From NCBI GenBank assembly GCA_043228905.1, contig JBHGNT010000009.1, positions 806,001 to 870,000 on the forward strand: a DNA stretch of 64,000 bases. Reading direction: 5' to 3'. This stretch comes from Azolla caroliniana. Its lineage: Eukaryota; Plantae; Polypodiophyta. Of the stretch, positions 26,761 to 39,607 are shown piece by piece (the first letter of the stretch is position 1; every line of letters starts with the position of its first letter). The position numbers and the translations under genes are program-made. Under the pieces are notes generated by a model. It made no database searches. It was not told where the DNA came from and was given only the letters and a program-made list of their open reading frames with translations.

Positions 26761-27708
26761 ATGTGTCCCTCTCTGCATATAAACTCTAAACCCTCAACCT
26801 TAGGAAATAAATTTTTTTTGTTCGCCACGGTCTCATGGATAGGTTCTCTCAATATCAAGCGCCTCAATGGAAAATCCGACACAATATCATCGATCACGCC
26901 ATACCATAATGTGGCCGGTATATTATTTCTTTTACGTAACACCTTTGATTTGAAGTGACTAGTTTTCTTCCTCTGGTAGTGGAAATGGTTGTGATTATTT
27001 AAGCTTCGATAGGATAGGAGGACACATATAAAAATGGCAAATTACCATCGTTTTTCGATCCCCCAAATATATGTATTGCTCCCACATTTATTGATAAAAC
27101 CAACCATATGTGTCAAGATAGTTTGCATTTTATTTACGGGGCCACAATGTGTCACATATTATCGAAGCAATACCAAATCTAGATCCTCTGTTTATGGCGA
27201 TTCTTGCTTCCAATCATGCATCTTATGGCAAATGTTCTGAGATGTTATGATCGAGGGTTGTAACGCTTATCCTTGCTATACTCACATGGGTATCCAATCT
27301 AACATACTCCCAACACAAATCTTGTCTTTTAGCATCGTGTGATCCAACACCAATGTCCACTATATGACTTAGTCTTTGTACCTTCCGTTACAGAGTGATT
27401 TTCATTCATGTCCACCCTTGCATATTATTACAAATGGGTGGGGGGGTCATTCACAGTGAGTAGAGTATGATAGTAATGCTACTAACAAGAAAGCCCACAT
27501 ATTCTGTTCTGTACAAAGGTTTTCATGTACCAAAACAACCAAATGATGTGAAATTCTTAAGAGTTGAGATTGGTTTGGATTGAACGTTTCTTTGGCGTTT
27601 ATTCGTTTCCGTCTTCTTCTTCACCGTCACCGTCACCGTCACCGTCACTATCTTATTCTTCTTTCTTCTTGTCCGTGGCGAGAGAGAGAGAGAGAGAGAG
27701 AGATTGCC

Positions 27709-29806
27709 ATGGCGATCGGATGCGAGCTCAGTCTGAGCAGGGTGGCGATGGCCTCTGTTCTGTTGATCTGTGGTTCCCTCGTCTATTTCCATTGCACGAT
27801 TCGGAGTTACTCGCTGGTTTCTCTCGGAGCAGACGTCCTCATCGTCCTCCTTTGCTCACTCGCCATCCTTGGCCTTCTCTTTCGCCACGCTAACATCTCG
27901 TAAGTCCCTTTCTTCATCTTCTTCTTCTTTCGAAAATCAACTCTTTCTTCCTTAACCTCTTACTTTTTTCCTTTTTACCTTTGGATTGGACGTTTCTTCT
28001 TTTTCAGTGTGCCTATCGATCCACTAGAATGGGAGGTGTCACAAGACACGGCAAATCGCGTTGCAGCTTGCATTGCAAATGTTTTTGGTGCAGCTGAATC
28101 AGTTCTTCGTATTGCTGCCAAAGGTGAAGACAAGAAGCTTTTCTTGAAGGTTTGTCTCTAAATCTCCGACTTGCAGTATGCATCATATGTATAAAGAAAT
28201 TCAACATGAAAGTAGATTTAGCATTGGATAACTCAAGAATCTGACCTTGGAGAAGTATGTCAAAATGCAATTGAAGGGATATAAAATTTCAAACCTTATA
28301 AATAAGCTTGATGTATTTTTGAAATGTTTCATTCGTGAGTTGTATTCATACATGTCATCATGAAATAATGGTTTCTCTATGATAAAAATAAATAAATCAT
28401 CAAAGAAGTCAATGTTAGATAATTTCTTTTCTTTTCCTTATTGACAATTCAAATTTACTGAAAGATAGCAAAGAGTACAACTGACTTCTGTTTGCTGAAG
28501 CAAAATTTTCTTTGTTGTCATGACACATCTTAAGATTATTATTAAATTTTTTTGAAAGAACTTTATGTGTTCTAGAGTGTATTTGTGCATGTTAAATTTT
28601 TGAAAAAAAAAGATACTTGTTTGAGACTGTATTTGTGCATAATAGAGGAGTCATATGGAGTATACAAACAACCCTCGAGGTAAAGCAGGTTAATGAAGAT
28701 GAGTTCAAGCAAAACTGGAAGAAACTTGAAAGTTTAAACAAGACAATAGGTGAAGAAGCTCAAGAGTATAAGCACCTTGAGTAGACTGATTGAATAGAGT
28801 ATTTGTGCATAATAGAGTAGTAAACTGCACACTACTGCAATTTTTTTGCAGTCATATGGGGTATACAAACAACCCTCAAGGTAAACCAGGTTAATGAAGA
28901 TGAGTTCAAGCAAAACTGGAAGAAACTTGAAAGTTTAAACAAGATAATAGGTGAAGAAGTTCAATAGTATAAGCACCTTGAGTAGACTGATTAAAAAAAG
29001 TGGCCAGAAAGTCCCAGATGATTTAGCACTCTTGCAGGTCCTTAGAAAGTTGCAAAAAAATCATTCATAAGTCTTGAAAACTCGAGGTTCATGATGGGGA
29101 TCTATGTTAAAGCATTTATGATCCTGACCCATGCATACATTTTTCTTAGCTATGTGCACCATGCCGAAAATTTCGTAAATGTAATGAAAGTGCCGCTAAG
29201 GCCATTCTGATGAACAGAGACATCAAGCTGTGGTCACATTTGAACATCATATATCAACACAAATTGACAAAGTGAAGTCTAGAGTCTTTACAAGTATGTC
29301 TAGAGTCTTTGGATGATGTCTTATTCACGTGTGCATGGAAAACTTCATTTACACCTCAGTTTGCCCATTAGATGGAGTATGATCCAAAAAACTGGGACAC
29401 TTAATATAGTCTGAAGTTTGGAGAAAACATCCGGCCTAAATTGACTTGTGAACATAAACGACTCTGGTTCACTAACTATATCCATAGGGCAACCTGAGTC
29501 AAAACAGTTGGTCAACAAACTAACATGCAAGTGAAGAATCTGTAATAGTTAATATGGCATTGTAGGTTGTTGCATCGTTGTACGTGTTATCAGCTTGTGG
29601 GAGAGCAACATCTGGTGCAACAGTTGCATACTTAAGTGAGTATTTATGTGTAGGCTTAAAATGCAATGTTATATACGTGATTAGTTTTCTAACTTCCTGT
29701 ATAAGATCTTGTGTTTGCAGCCTTTTGTTTTGCATTGCTTCTTTTCTGCATCACTAAATTTGGGCGAGATGCAGCTGAGACTTCTGTGTGTAACAAGAGG
29801 AAATAG
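27709..29806 (+). CDS. Small reticulon-like protein, RTNLB22/23 type (162 aa)
   Basis: Exons 27709-27899, 28008-28149, 29566-29635, 29721-29806 (489 nt in frame). Signature DVLIVLLCSLAILGLLFR..VPIDPLEWEVSQDTAN..GAAESVLRIAAKGEDKKLFLK. Confidence 0.88.
28649..28992. repeat. ~140-bp direct duplication (~200-bp period) in reticulon intron 2
   Basis: gtcatatgg.gtatacaaacaaccctc..aagcaccttgagtagactgatt occurs at ~28650-28791 and ~28851-28992. Confidence 0.9.
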
Positions 29807-31308
29807 GACAACACAATAGTGTGCAGATATTTGCACACCATGAAGAAATGATTGAATATGTAGGTTCAATATGGTGTTGTTTCAAATGCAATAAAGTTAT
29901 ATTGCATTGGAACAGGTATAATCAGCATTGCATGATAAATTGGAAATGCTATCAATTCATCTAAACAATACATCACACCGTTATCGATGCAAGGAGCAAG
30001 GAGCTTACAGTCAGAAGCACGAATGTAACAATTCTCCTGTTCTTTTATTTGTAGCATAGTTCTTTGATTTCCTTGTAGTATTTGGTTTTCTATGGGCTTC
30101 TTGCACTTCAGGTTTTTATAATAACTCAGATGTTCTTCGATGGGATGTAACCATTGAAAATGGTGAACACAAAAAAAAAACACTCTTTTCCACTGTATAG
30201 TAGCCTTCATGTAGATACAATACAACACTCAAATGCTGTGAATTTTTATGTACCTCTCTTCTACTTGGTTGTGTGTGAGCTCAAATATTTATGACAACAG
30301 GCTTCATTCCTTTGAGAACAATGCAAGTTAAATGCACATGGTTTTTGTTTTGTATTATAATAAGAGATGATATGCACATTAAGCATGCAAAAAGTTTGAG
30401 GTATGGAAGCCAATGTTGGCAGTTTCAAGGTGCTACTCCTAAGGTTGGAGTTCTCACTGATAGGTTGCCAGTGCTTATAAGTCTTACTTATGTGTTGCGA
30501 GTGCCTATAGTTCTTATTTCCAATGCCATGTTCACAACTTAAGGTGCCACTTGCTGGAAACTAGGAAGTTCCACTCACCTGTTGCTAGTGCTTAGAAATT
30601 TTCATATTTCCTAGGAGATTGAGAACTTGTTTTGACATGAGATGCACTCATGGGGCAGCTTGGACACTAGAACATCTCCAAAGATTCTATGAAGCTTTTA
30701 AAAACCAAGATGCTACATTTCATTGTTTGTTTGAGAGATGAAAAATAAGAAACTAGTGGCATGATTGGTGGTCACATTGACCCATATCCAATTTGCACCA
30801 CTGCTTGAAAACACACATATATATACTATCATGTGCTTGAGAAACATGGCAATCTAAACCACAATTTGTTTTGCATTTGCTTATCCAATGTTTCATCGGT
30901 GAAGAAAACCTCCCAAATATCATCATACAAACAGATGAAACTCTTCTAATTCTTGCATGGCACTGGCCCCTTCTTAATGCTCAAAGTATTCTGGTGGGTC
31001 GCAAATAAAGTTGATGGGTTTAGCTTTAATATACATGAATGCTTCCATGAATGCTTTCATTACCATAGATATGCACCAGCATGCTTAGGTAACTAGTTAC
31101 TATTATCATGACCATATCATGTATGGATTAGATTGCATCTCCACTTCACAAGAGAAAAAAAGTACAACAGTTGTACAAACATAATTCATTTGTATATTCC
31201 TTGTATACACAGTATTTCGTAAATCTTTGAATATTTAGCAGCATACTGAGTACCATCAGTTTAGGTTCTTACATGACAATCATATATATACATTTGCGAA
31301 TGTAAAGA

Positions 31309-34300
31309 TCACTGTCTGCTGCAAAAATGTGATTTTAAGCCAACCCAGATTTTGTAGTAATCCTTATCAAGATAAGGACTGTCCAGTGCCCACTTTGTGA
31401 CTTTTGGGATAAGACAGGACTCAAACATGAATGCCAATGTAGTTTCTGGAAGCTTGGTTGGTGCTTCACAACCATTGGCAATGGTATTCTAGCACAAGCA
31501 AAAAGTCCATAAATCAGTTGTTAAGCCTAAGTAAAACACAAATACATTACCCTATTGTTAAATTCACTATATCAATCATATCACATTAACTGAATAATGG
31601 ATACACAAAGTTACCATTCTGAGATGATCAACTTCATAGTATTCCTCAAAGGCAGATCTCTTATGAGCCTCATGGGGGATTAACATCTACACTTGGTTTA
31701 AGGACTAAGCTCATGCTATTTCCAATCTAAAGACTCTGGAACTTCTTAATATGCTAAATCAAATAGTTCCTTTTAACACAACTGAATTGATCCAGAAGGC
31801 AGTCTCCCACCATCTCATCTATACTCTGCATTTCCCAATAAAAAGAGGACACAGGAACTTAGTTTTTTGCCCGAGGCTGAGGTTGGGCTCATGGGAATTC
31901 CCGTTTGTGTCATCGATCTACAACTACCTCTATTGCTTAACAAAATTATAAGAGAAATAAACTTAATATGCTAAATGACATTGTAAAGTTCAATTACCTC
32001 ATATGTGATAGTATCAACACCATGAGGAGTCATGCAGTTATGGAGACTGCATGCACCTGGAAGAAAGCCTTCAGCCTTGCCCTGAGTCAATAAATTTGTT
32101 GCACACATTCATAACATGAAAACAGCATCCTGAACCTAAGTATAGCACCGAATAAAAGAAGGAAATCTGACCTCATATACACCATAAATAAGGCCCATAA
32201 ACTCGCTCATGCAATTTCGGTGGAAGTATGGAGGGCGAAAGGTATGTTCTGCTGTCAACCAACGTGGAGGAAACACTACCAAATCAAGAATAGCTACACC
32301 TGGTCTCTCTGAAGGTACACTCAACACTGGAGAAATGAATATGAATCCATTTTTTAGTATAATACCAAACACAACCTTAAACCAATAAAACATGACAGAT
32401 CATATAATCCAGTCAAAAAGCTTTACCTGTATTGATTGATGGGTCCGCATGATCAAACAGCACATTGTTAACAGGGCAGAATTTCTTCAGATCATACTAA
32501 ACAGAACCCACAAAAACAAATATATGTAAGAACACTTTACCATGCTATTGCAGTGTTTTCAAAGAAAATTGATATAATTTGTTGTCATTTACCATACCTT
32601 GTAGGGTGCGTAGTTTCCATGCCATGCCACTACATTAAAAGGAGAAAATTCTTGTTTGGCTTCAAATAGCTCCCCTCCAAACTTGTGGACAATTCTAAAA
32701 TCAATGTATTGTTTGTTGTCGAACGATGCAGTTGGTACCACAAAATCTCGAGGGGCAGCAAGACCATTTGCACCTAACATTACAAATAATTCCAAAAACA
32801 TGCATCAGAAATTATAGCCAGATGCAAGATACAAAGATATATATTATACATCCAAATGGTCACAGTATAATTTTAAACAACTATAAAGACAGTTGCTACA
32901 AAAAAGAAAAAGAAAAAGGAGGGCAACATATTCCTCTAGATACACCATAATGTAACACTAGAAACTGTTCTGGAGAAAATATGTTTAGGGGTCATCTGAC
33001 TCATTACGAAGTAGCATTGCAGAGTTCCATCTAGAGTATCCTGGAGTTGTTAGCATACAGACCAAATCTTAGAAGTAAGATAAAATTCCCTCATAAAATA
33101 AATGGATACTATGTCTATGCCATGCAGCATGCTGCTCTCCATGAAATATATTGGGTATGAAAGCTAGAAATTGAAGTAATAGAGTGAATGCATACCATAC
33201 ATCAGGAGCATGAAATCATCTGAAAATGCGAACTCTTTTCTAGATGTCTCCACAGAATTGAGCAATAAACTACCATAAATGAAGCATGCCAAAAACTTTA
33301 TGTTCGATCTGGATATAATCTCATACTATCTATCATAAACAATGGTGCAGCCAAATATTTTCCATCCCAATCCCATAATCTCATATTCAATGCATTTCAG
33401 CTCATCATCCAGCTCTGAGGTGCACCAAGCACGATTACATGCATTATTTCTTGTCTTTCATTTTCTATGAATGTAAAGACACACTTCCATTCTTCAATGA
33501 GGAAGATTCCATTGATAATAGACATAGAGAAAGAGGTATTCTTGCCTTCACTGCTAGCAAAAGAAAGACTTAACATTTTCCAAGAGCATAACAGATCTTT
33601 CAAAAAGCAACAGCTGCATTCTTCCATAATCCATACATTTTTCAACCTGTCTAGAATAAGCTTTCTGATGAAATGCACTCAGTTGCATTTTTGCTAGCAT
33701 GTGAATTTTTTTTGAAAGACAAACAAAGCATCGCTCTGCATCTTTAGAAGTTTTCTCACCCAATTCATAATCAAAGTACCAATAGACATAGTTTCGCTTT
33801 GCATAGTAAGCCAAGAATGCACATGGAATCCTGTACAGGCTTCTTTAGCATCCTTGAGGGATTTGGGAGCCCTAAATGTGTGGTTCATCTCGCAGATGAA
33901 AGAAAAACCTACATTTACATGTGAATTGTTCTTTAGCCAGGGCCTTCAGTTCAGTGCAAGTCTATCACTCAGCTTAGATCAAACCACAGCATGTACCATG
34001 AATTACCACAAAAATTACCTTCTCGATTTATCTAAAATTTGATGAATACGCAGCAAATGTGAGCTACGTGTAACATGAGACAAGTTGAATTTGACATGTA
34101 GCAGTTGAGGTGTCTGCACACTAGCGACTAAGCTAACACTCTATTTCAACACATGTGCAACTCTTGATATTATCCAATCAAATAGCCAACTGAATGGACT
34201 TTTCTAGAACTCTTGGCAGATAGAATGCTATCGTACACTCCCTTTTTGCTGCATATGTTTTCATCACTTTGGCTGTCCATCAGGCTATCATGCCATATTG

Positions 34301-36256
34301 TGTTATTTGGTAAGGTCTTTTTGATCTCTCAAGATTGCGAGTTGCAAACAGACCCGAAATCAATTGTACCTGATGTATACGTACATAATACATATTGTAT
34401 TTGTACATTCAGACATAATGTCCACCTCGTAAGTAGAACTCACTGCATCTTCCCATAACACCAAAAGAAAAAACTATAACCTGCCTAAAAACAAAATCAT
34501 GGATGCAAATAACAGCATTGATACATGGCTCTACATTTTCCATAAGATCTCTTTTGATTCTGTTTGCAACATGCATGCATGTACAGAAAAAGTTCGCACC
34601 AATTACACCAAGTTCTGGAAGACGGAAATGCCCATCAAACACCTCTGCAATGTATCCTCGGGAAAGGCCATCAGGTAAGCTTACACTGAAACGAATACCC
34701 TGCTGAAGCACCGCTATCTCACCAGGAGAAACTAGCAACTTGCCGAATTCTGTCTTGATCAACAATCCTGCAACCACAATTGGTTTTTTACAAACCCTAT
34801 ATTCATGTACAATTTTGGCTTTTTGCATCCTGCTCTTATGGTCAAATATGACACATACTTCCTTCTTGTGGAATAATTAAGAAGTCCCCATCCGCATTAG
34901 CAAAAGCATAATTATCCATAGACTGATTAGCAGCATACCTATCAAACCAAGTCCAATCAAATTCTTTATAAACACATATATGTAAATCCGCCTCACCATC
35001 CTTTAAATGTGTCGATTGAAAGGTGTTTTCTTTCTTTATTTTTAAACAAATCATACAGATGCACAGCATATCCATGACGTAAGAACGGACTCCCTGCTCC
35101 ACACATGGTGAACAACCCATCCAAGAAATCTGTAGGGGTCTCTGGGAACTTCATGGGTGCCCAGCGCAACTGTGTTGGTGTCGTCACAACATTCCCACTA
35201 CTAGTGAAATCGCTGACCAAGAACTTGTGCTCACGAAACCACGGAGTGAAAGGTTCGTGAGTAACTGAGGGCTTGATTCGATATAACCAACTAAAAAACA
35301 CAAAAAGGATAAAAACCAATCAATTGAAAAACCTAGAACTTCGTTCAACATGAAAACATTAGCTATTTACTATAGAAAGAGGTACAGATTACATCAAAGA
35401 GATGCAAGGAAATCGCAAAACCAAGTTCTTCTAGAGGAAATGAGGATAAATGCAATAGCTTACCCCCAGCCATTGGCAATATTTTCATATGGAAAAATGT
35501 ATCTAAATAGAACTAGGATAAAAACGATAGTGTCGACAGCACAACTGGGGACCTTCATCTTACTTTTCAGATTCTCTCCATCTGTGGAAACTAAGCATGC
35601 TTAGAAACTTGAGTTTTAATCTCAGGCATTTGTGCATACCGAAATACAACCAAGATGATGATAAATAAATTAAATGATACATAACATCTAGTGCCACACA
35701 TGCATGATACCTTGTTAGTTCAAAATGATTTCTAATCAGAGAGAGAAATTGAGACACATGAAAAGCTTTAATCAAGGCACACAAAAAAGTAGAAAAAAGC
35801 GGTAATGGAAATGTTTACTCAATGAATATACTAAAGAAACATAAAAATAGAAAGAATTCCAGATGTAAAAGCTTTAACTTATGCATATTTACAGAAACAT
35901 TGAATTTAGAAATAATTACAAATGAAAATCAGTAATCTATGCATATTCACAGAAACATAAAGAAAACAAGAAGAATCAATAACTAAGTGCACATTTGAAA
36001 CACTGGAAAGATGGAGGAAGAAATTCACAAACCTTCTGAGGTTGGTATTACGAGGAGCAGTGAAAGCGGAACCGGAGATTTGTTCTGCATAGAGACCGAA
36101 AGGACAGACTAAAGGATTGTTCTGCGATGTGGGAAGAGCTCCAGCTATAGCCTCCGAAGAGAAATGGTTCCCAAACCCACTCTGATAAGAAATCGAGGCG
36201 AGGTCCAACTCTTCCTCTTCCTTTTCTCCGCAGGATTGTAAGGTCGAGTCCGCCAT
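31309..36256 (-). CDS. HGO: Homogentisate 1,2-dioxygenase (456 aa)
   Basis: Nine exons: 36256-36033, 35290-35057, 34938-34859, 34767-34600, 32773-32598, 32496-32427, 32326-32172, 32081-31998, 31488-31309 (1371 nt in frame). Motifs [84 protein letters not shown]. Confidence 0.97.
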
Positions 36257-36467
36257 AGCTAGCAGATTCCGCGGTCTGTCTATCTGTCTGTCTGTATGTC
36301 TGGGATGAGAGATCCTTTTGTTTGTTTGTAGTAAGCAGCCGATGACGGAGTTTCTCTATAAAGAACGTTGAAGGAAACAAAGAAACACATACAAACACAT
36401 TTTACACAAATAAATGAGTATGTACATATATGCTCTATGACTCTTTAAGATATGTACAAACTACGTA

Positions 36468-36680
36468 TGATGGCCATGGCCATGGCATGGGGTTGATGAT
36501 GGTCATGGTCATGGTGATCATCATTGAGGAGGAGGAGCATGTCAATGTGTATGATGATGATGTGATGATGAGGATGATGAGAATGATTATGATGATGTGA
36601 TGATGAGTCTAATGATGAGGTTGATTATGATGATGTGATGATGAGTATGATTATGAGGATGAGGATGAGGATGAGGAGAA
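36468..36680. repeat. Compound (GAT/GAG)n low-complexity microsatellite upstream of HGO
   Basis: Runs of gatgat, gatgag and catggt. Confidence 0.85.
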
Positions 36681-39607
36681 TCTGTTCTCTTCTTGTCTCT
36701 CACTCTTCCCTCGTTCTTCCGATGTTTTTCTCCTACCCCTAAATCCCTGATCGACTACCACACTCTTTGCTCCTGACCCTTAACGAAAAAATGTGGGGTA
36801 TATCTATGAAGAGATTAACATAATGAAAAACCTCTGCCGACGCTTAAATTGTGAGAAAATAAAGATGAGTGCCCAAATCGTTCCTAGAGAGAGTTAGGGC
36901 GATCATCCTTGTGGTGGTGTCAAAGGTGTGCATGTTGCACAGAATAGCAAATTATAGAGACTATGCAAACAAAAACTACGAGACAAAAGAGCACCCTATA
37001 CATACATACCTCATTAAAAAAAGGTGACATGGATACTCGCATGGTTGACCACTATGTATATATCCTTTTCTATCACTTTAGAGTGAGACCAGTCACCCCA
37101 AAAATCCAAAACGTGGCAACTATATAAAAAGTGTAGACATTGTGAATGTATATTGAGTTTCTTGATTTAATAAACATGTTCTCATGATTGAATTATGCCA
37201 CGTTTTAATTTTTGAGATGTTATAACGACACGTGCATAATATGAGCATGTCAGAAAATGATCTAGCATTTTATCTCTTTTACGGACTATCACGAAATTAT
37301 TAAGGCAAGATTCATTCAAAGCATATGATCCGCACTCTTCCCAAACCTGAACACTTTGGAAAGCAATCCCAAATAGAAAATAATTCAAGCTCATATCCAC
37401 TTTTGAGTATACACATTTCATTATTTTGATATCCGCACTTGAAATCAATTTGGATATTGCAAATCATCCAAAAATTAAAAAATGTATAAAAACGCAATTC
37501 CTTTTTCATGAAGCTAATTTGATCAAATAGGGCATAGTTAAATGGTTAGCGAATGTGTGCTAAATCGTGAACGAAACATTCTGATGATTTAGCACGCATG
37601 ATGTTCTTAATTATGTTTCGAAGGAAACAACTAGTGCATTTATGAGAGTGACAAAATGCTAATTTGATTATTTAATTAGATTGAGCAAGAATATTAGTGC
37701 CTAGATTGTTACTAACTACATCAAAAAAAATTAGTAATTAGGTTTGCAAAAAGTTTGGCATTAATTAGCTTTCTCGTTTGCATAGCTTCTCAAGCCATTA
37801 TACTGAACTAACATCTTACTTGGAAAAAGTTATTTTGGCAAATTGTCATGATGTGGTGTGTGTGAAGTGAGATATACGAGGTAAAGGCAAGTTTTCCAAC
37901 AGTAGGATTTTGATGAAAGTGGTGGTCACTATAAGAAATTAAAAGGAAAAAGATTAAAATAATAACAAAAAATAGCTCAAATGGCAAGGCCTAAGTTCTA
38001 ACTTCTAACGATTATTGATGAAGGGGTCAAGGGTCTATTCTCACTACCCATTACCCCTTCGATGGTTTAATACCCACTAGCCATTAGCCATTAAAGATGG
38101 CCAGAGAAAAAGGATGAATTTACAAAAGGCAAGCAACAATGAGAGGGTGAATGTAAAGATAATAATAGGTGTATGCAACATGGTAATAGAAAATGTTGTG
38201 GTGCATATTGAAAGAGGATGTTCGATTTTTATCTCATAAGAGACGAAAATTGACTTACGAACACACTATCATCATATTTGCATTGTTGATGATAGATATT
38301 CCTAAATTCACTTTTCATATACACTATAGTCATTATGAGTTTTTAATCATGCCCGAATGCTTCGAGAACATTCAAATAACAAGCGATTAATGACGTTTTC
38401 CAAGATAAACTCAGTAAATGTGCCCAAGTGACCAATGGGATTGGACCAATGTATATCCTAATTTTGGCAAATGTATATAAGACACCTAGACCACACCATT
38501 GTCATCATTGCTTTGCCATATTTGAGTTGCTCGATGGCACCCAAATGCACTTGATCATACTTCTTCATAGCCTCACTCTTTTGCACCAATCAACCTCTGA
38601 TATTATGTCCTCTCATCATCACTCATCCCATACATATTAAATATGCACTTCATAAACATAATTTATCACATTTAAGTGATTATAGCCTCCAATAGACGTT
38701 AATCTATCTTTCTTATCTCTCTCCTTCAATTGGCCTCTTTTATAAGGTCTCCAAGTCATCTAAAGGTGTTATCGTATTAAGATATTACTCTATGACCTCA
38801 ATTAGTGCGAGGCTAATCCTGAATCAACATTTCCCCCTTCACCTTGTTCGTGCATACACAAGACTTGCGTGTCTCTTCTCTACATCAAAGTTCTATTGTA
38901 AAAGTTACGTGTATGATATTCATGTAGACAAAATTCTATTACCAATTAAACTTTTTAGCCATCAATTTTCCTGGCCTTCAATATATTCTAGTTCACCTTC
39001 TCACACTCGGGAAACTACACTAATCACAAAATCAACATCACAATCCACACAATATATCCTTGCAATTGGCAAGAAACCATAATCCAAAACTAACACACTC
39101 GATCTAAGACATGATGCATTATAGAGATTGATTGCTTCATAGGAATTGGTCAATAGGATAGACAAGTTTGTGCATCCTAAATTAATGTCACATGTGCCTT
39201 TTGTATGCCATTCCCATAAAAAATATGCTGCAATGTTCATACATCATATTTTACTAATTTCAATTGGGAATAAAACATTAACTTCATCTATTGTGAGAAC
39301 ATACAATATGTGTGTGTTGTAAACATGAAAACGATAAAAACCCCAAGCAATAATACAATGGAGACCTCTTTAAAGGTTGATTTGGGAAACGCAAACACTA
39401 AATTTCAGCTTTGTATGAAAACAGCATTTCAACTTCAAAGGTTTATTTATCAAGGAGGCTATGATGAGATAAAACACCTCCTGAAGAAGAATAAACAATC
39501 ATAAAACGGACAAAGAAAACATAAACAATAAGTACAGATAGATGATTTGTGAAGTCATTTGCAATTTCGATTCTACTAAAATATATAGCAAGAAAATAAG
39601 TCATCTT

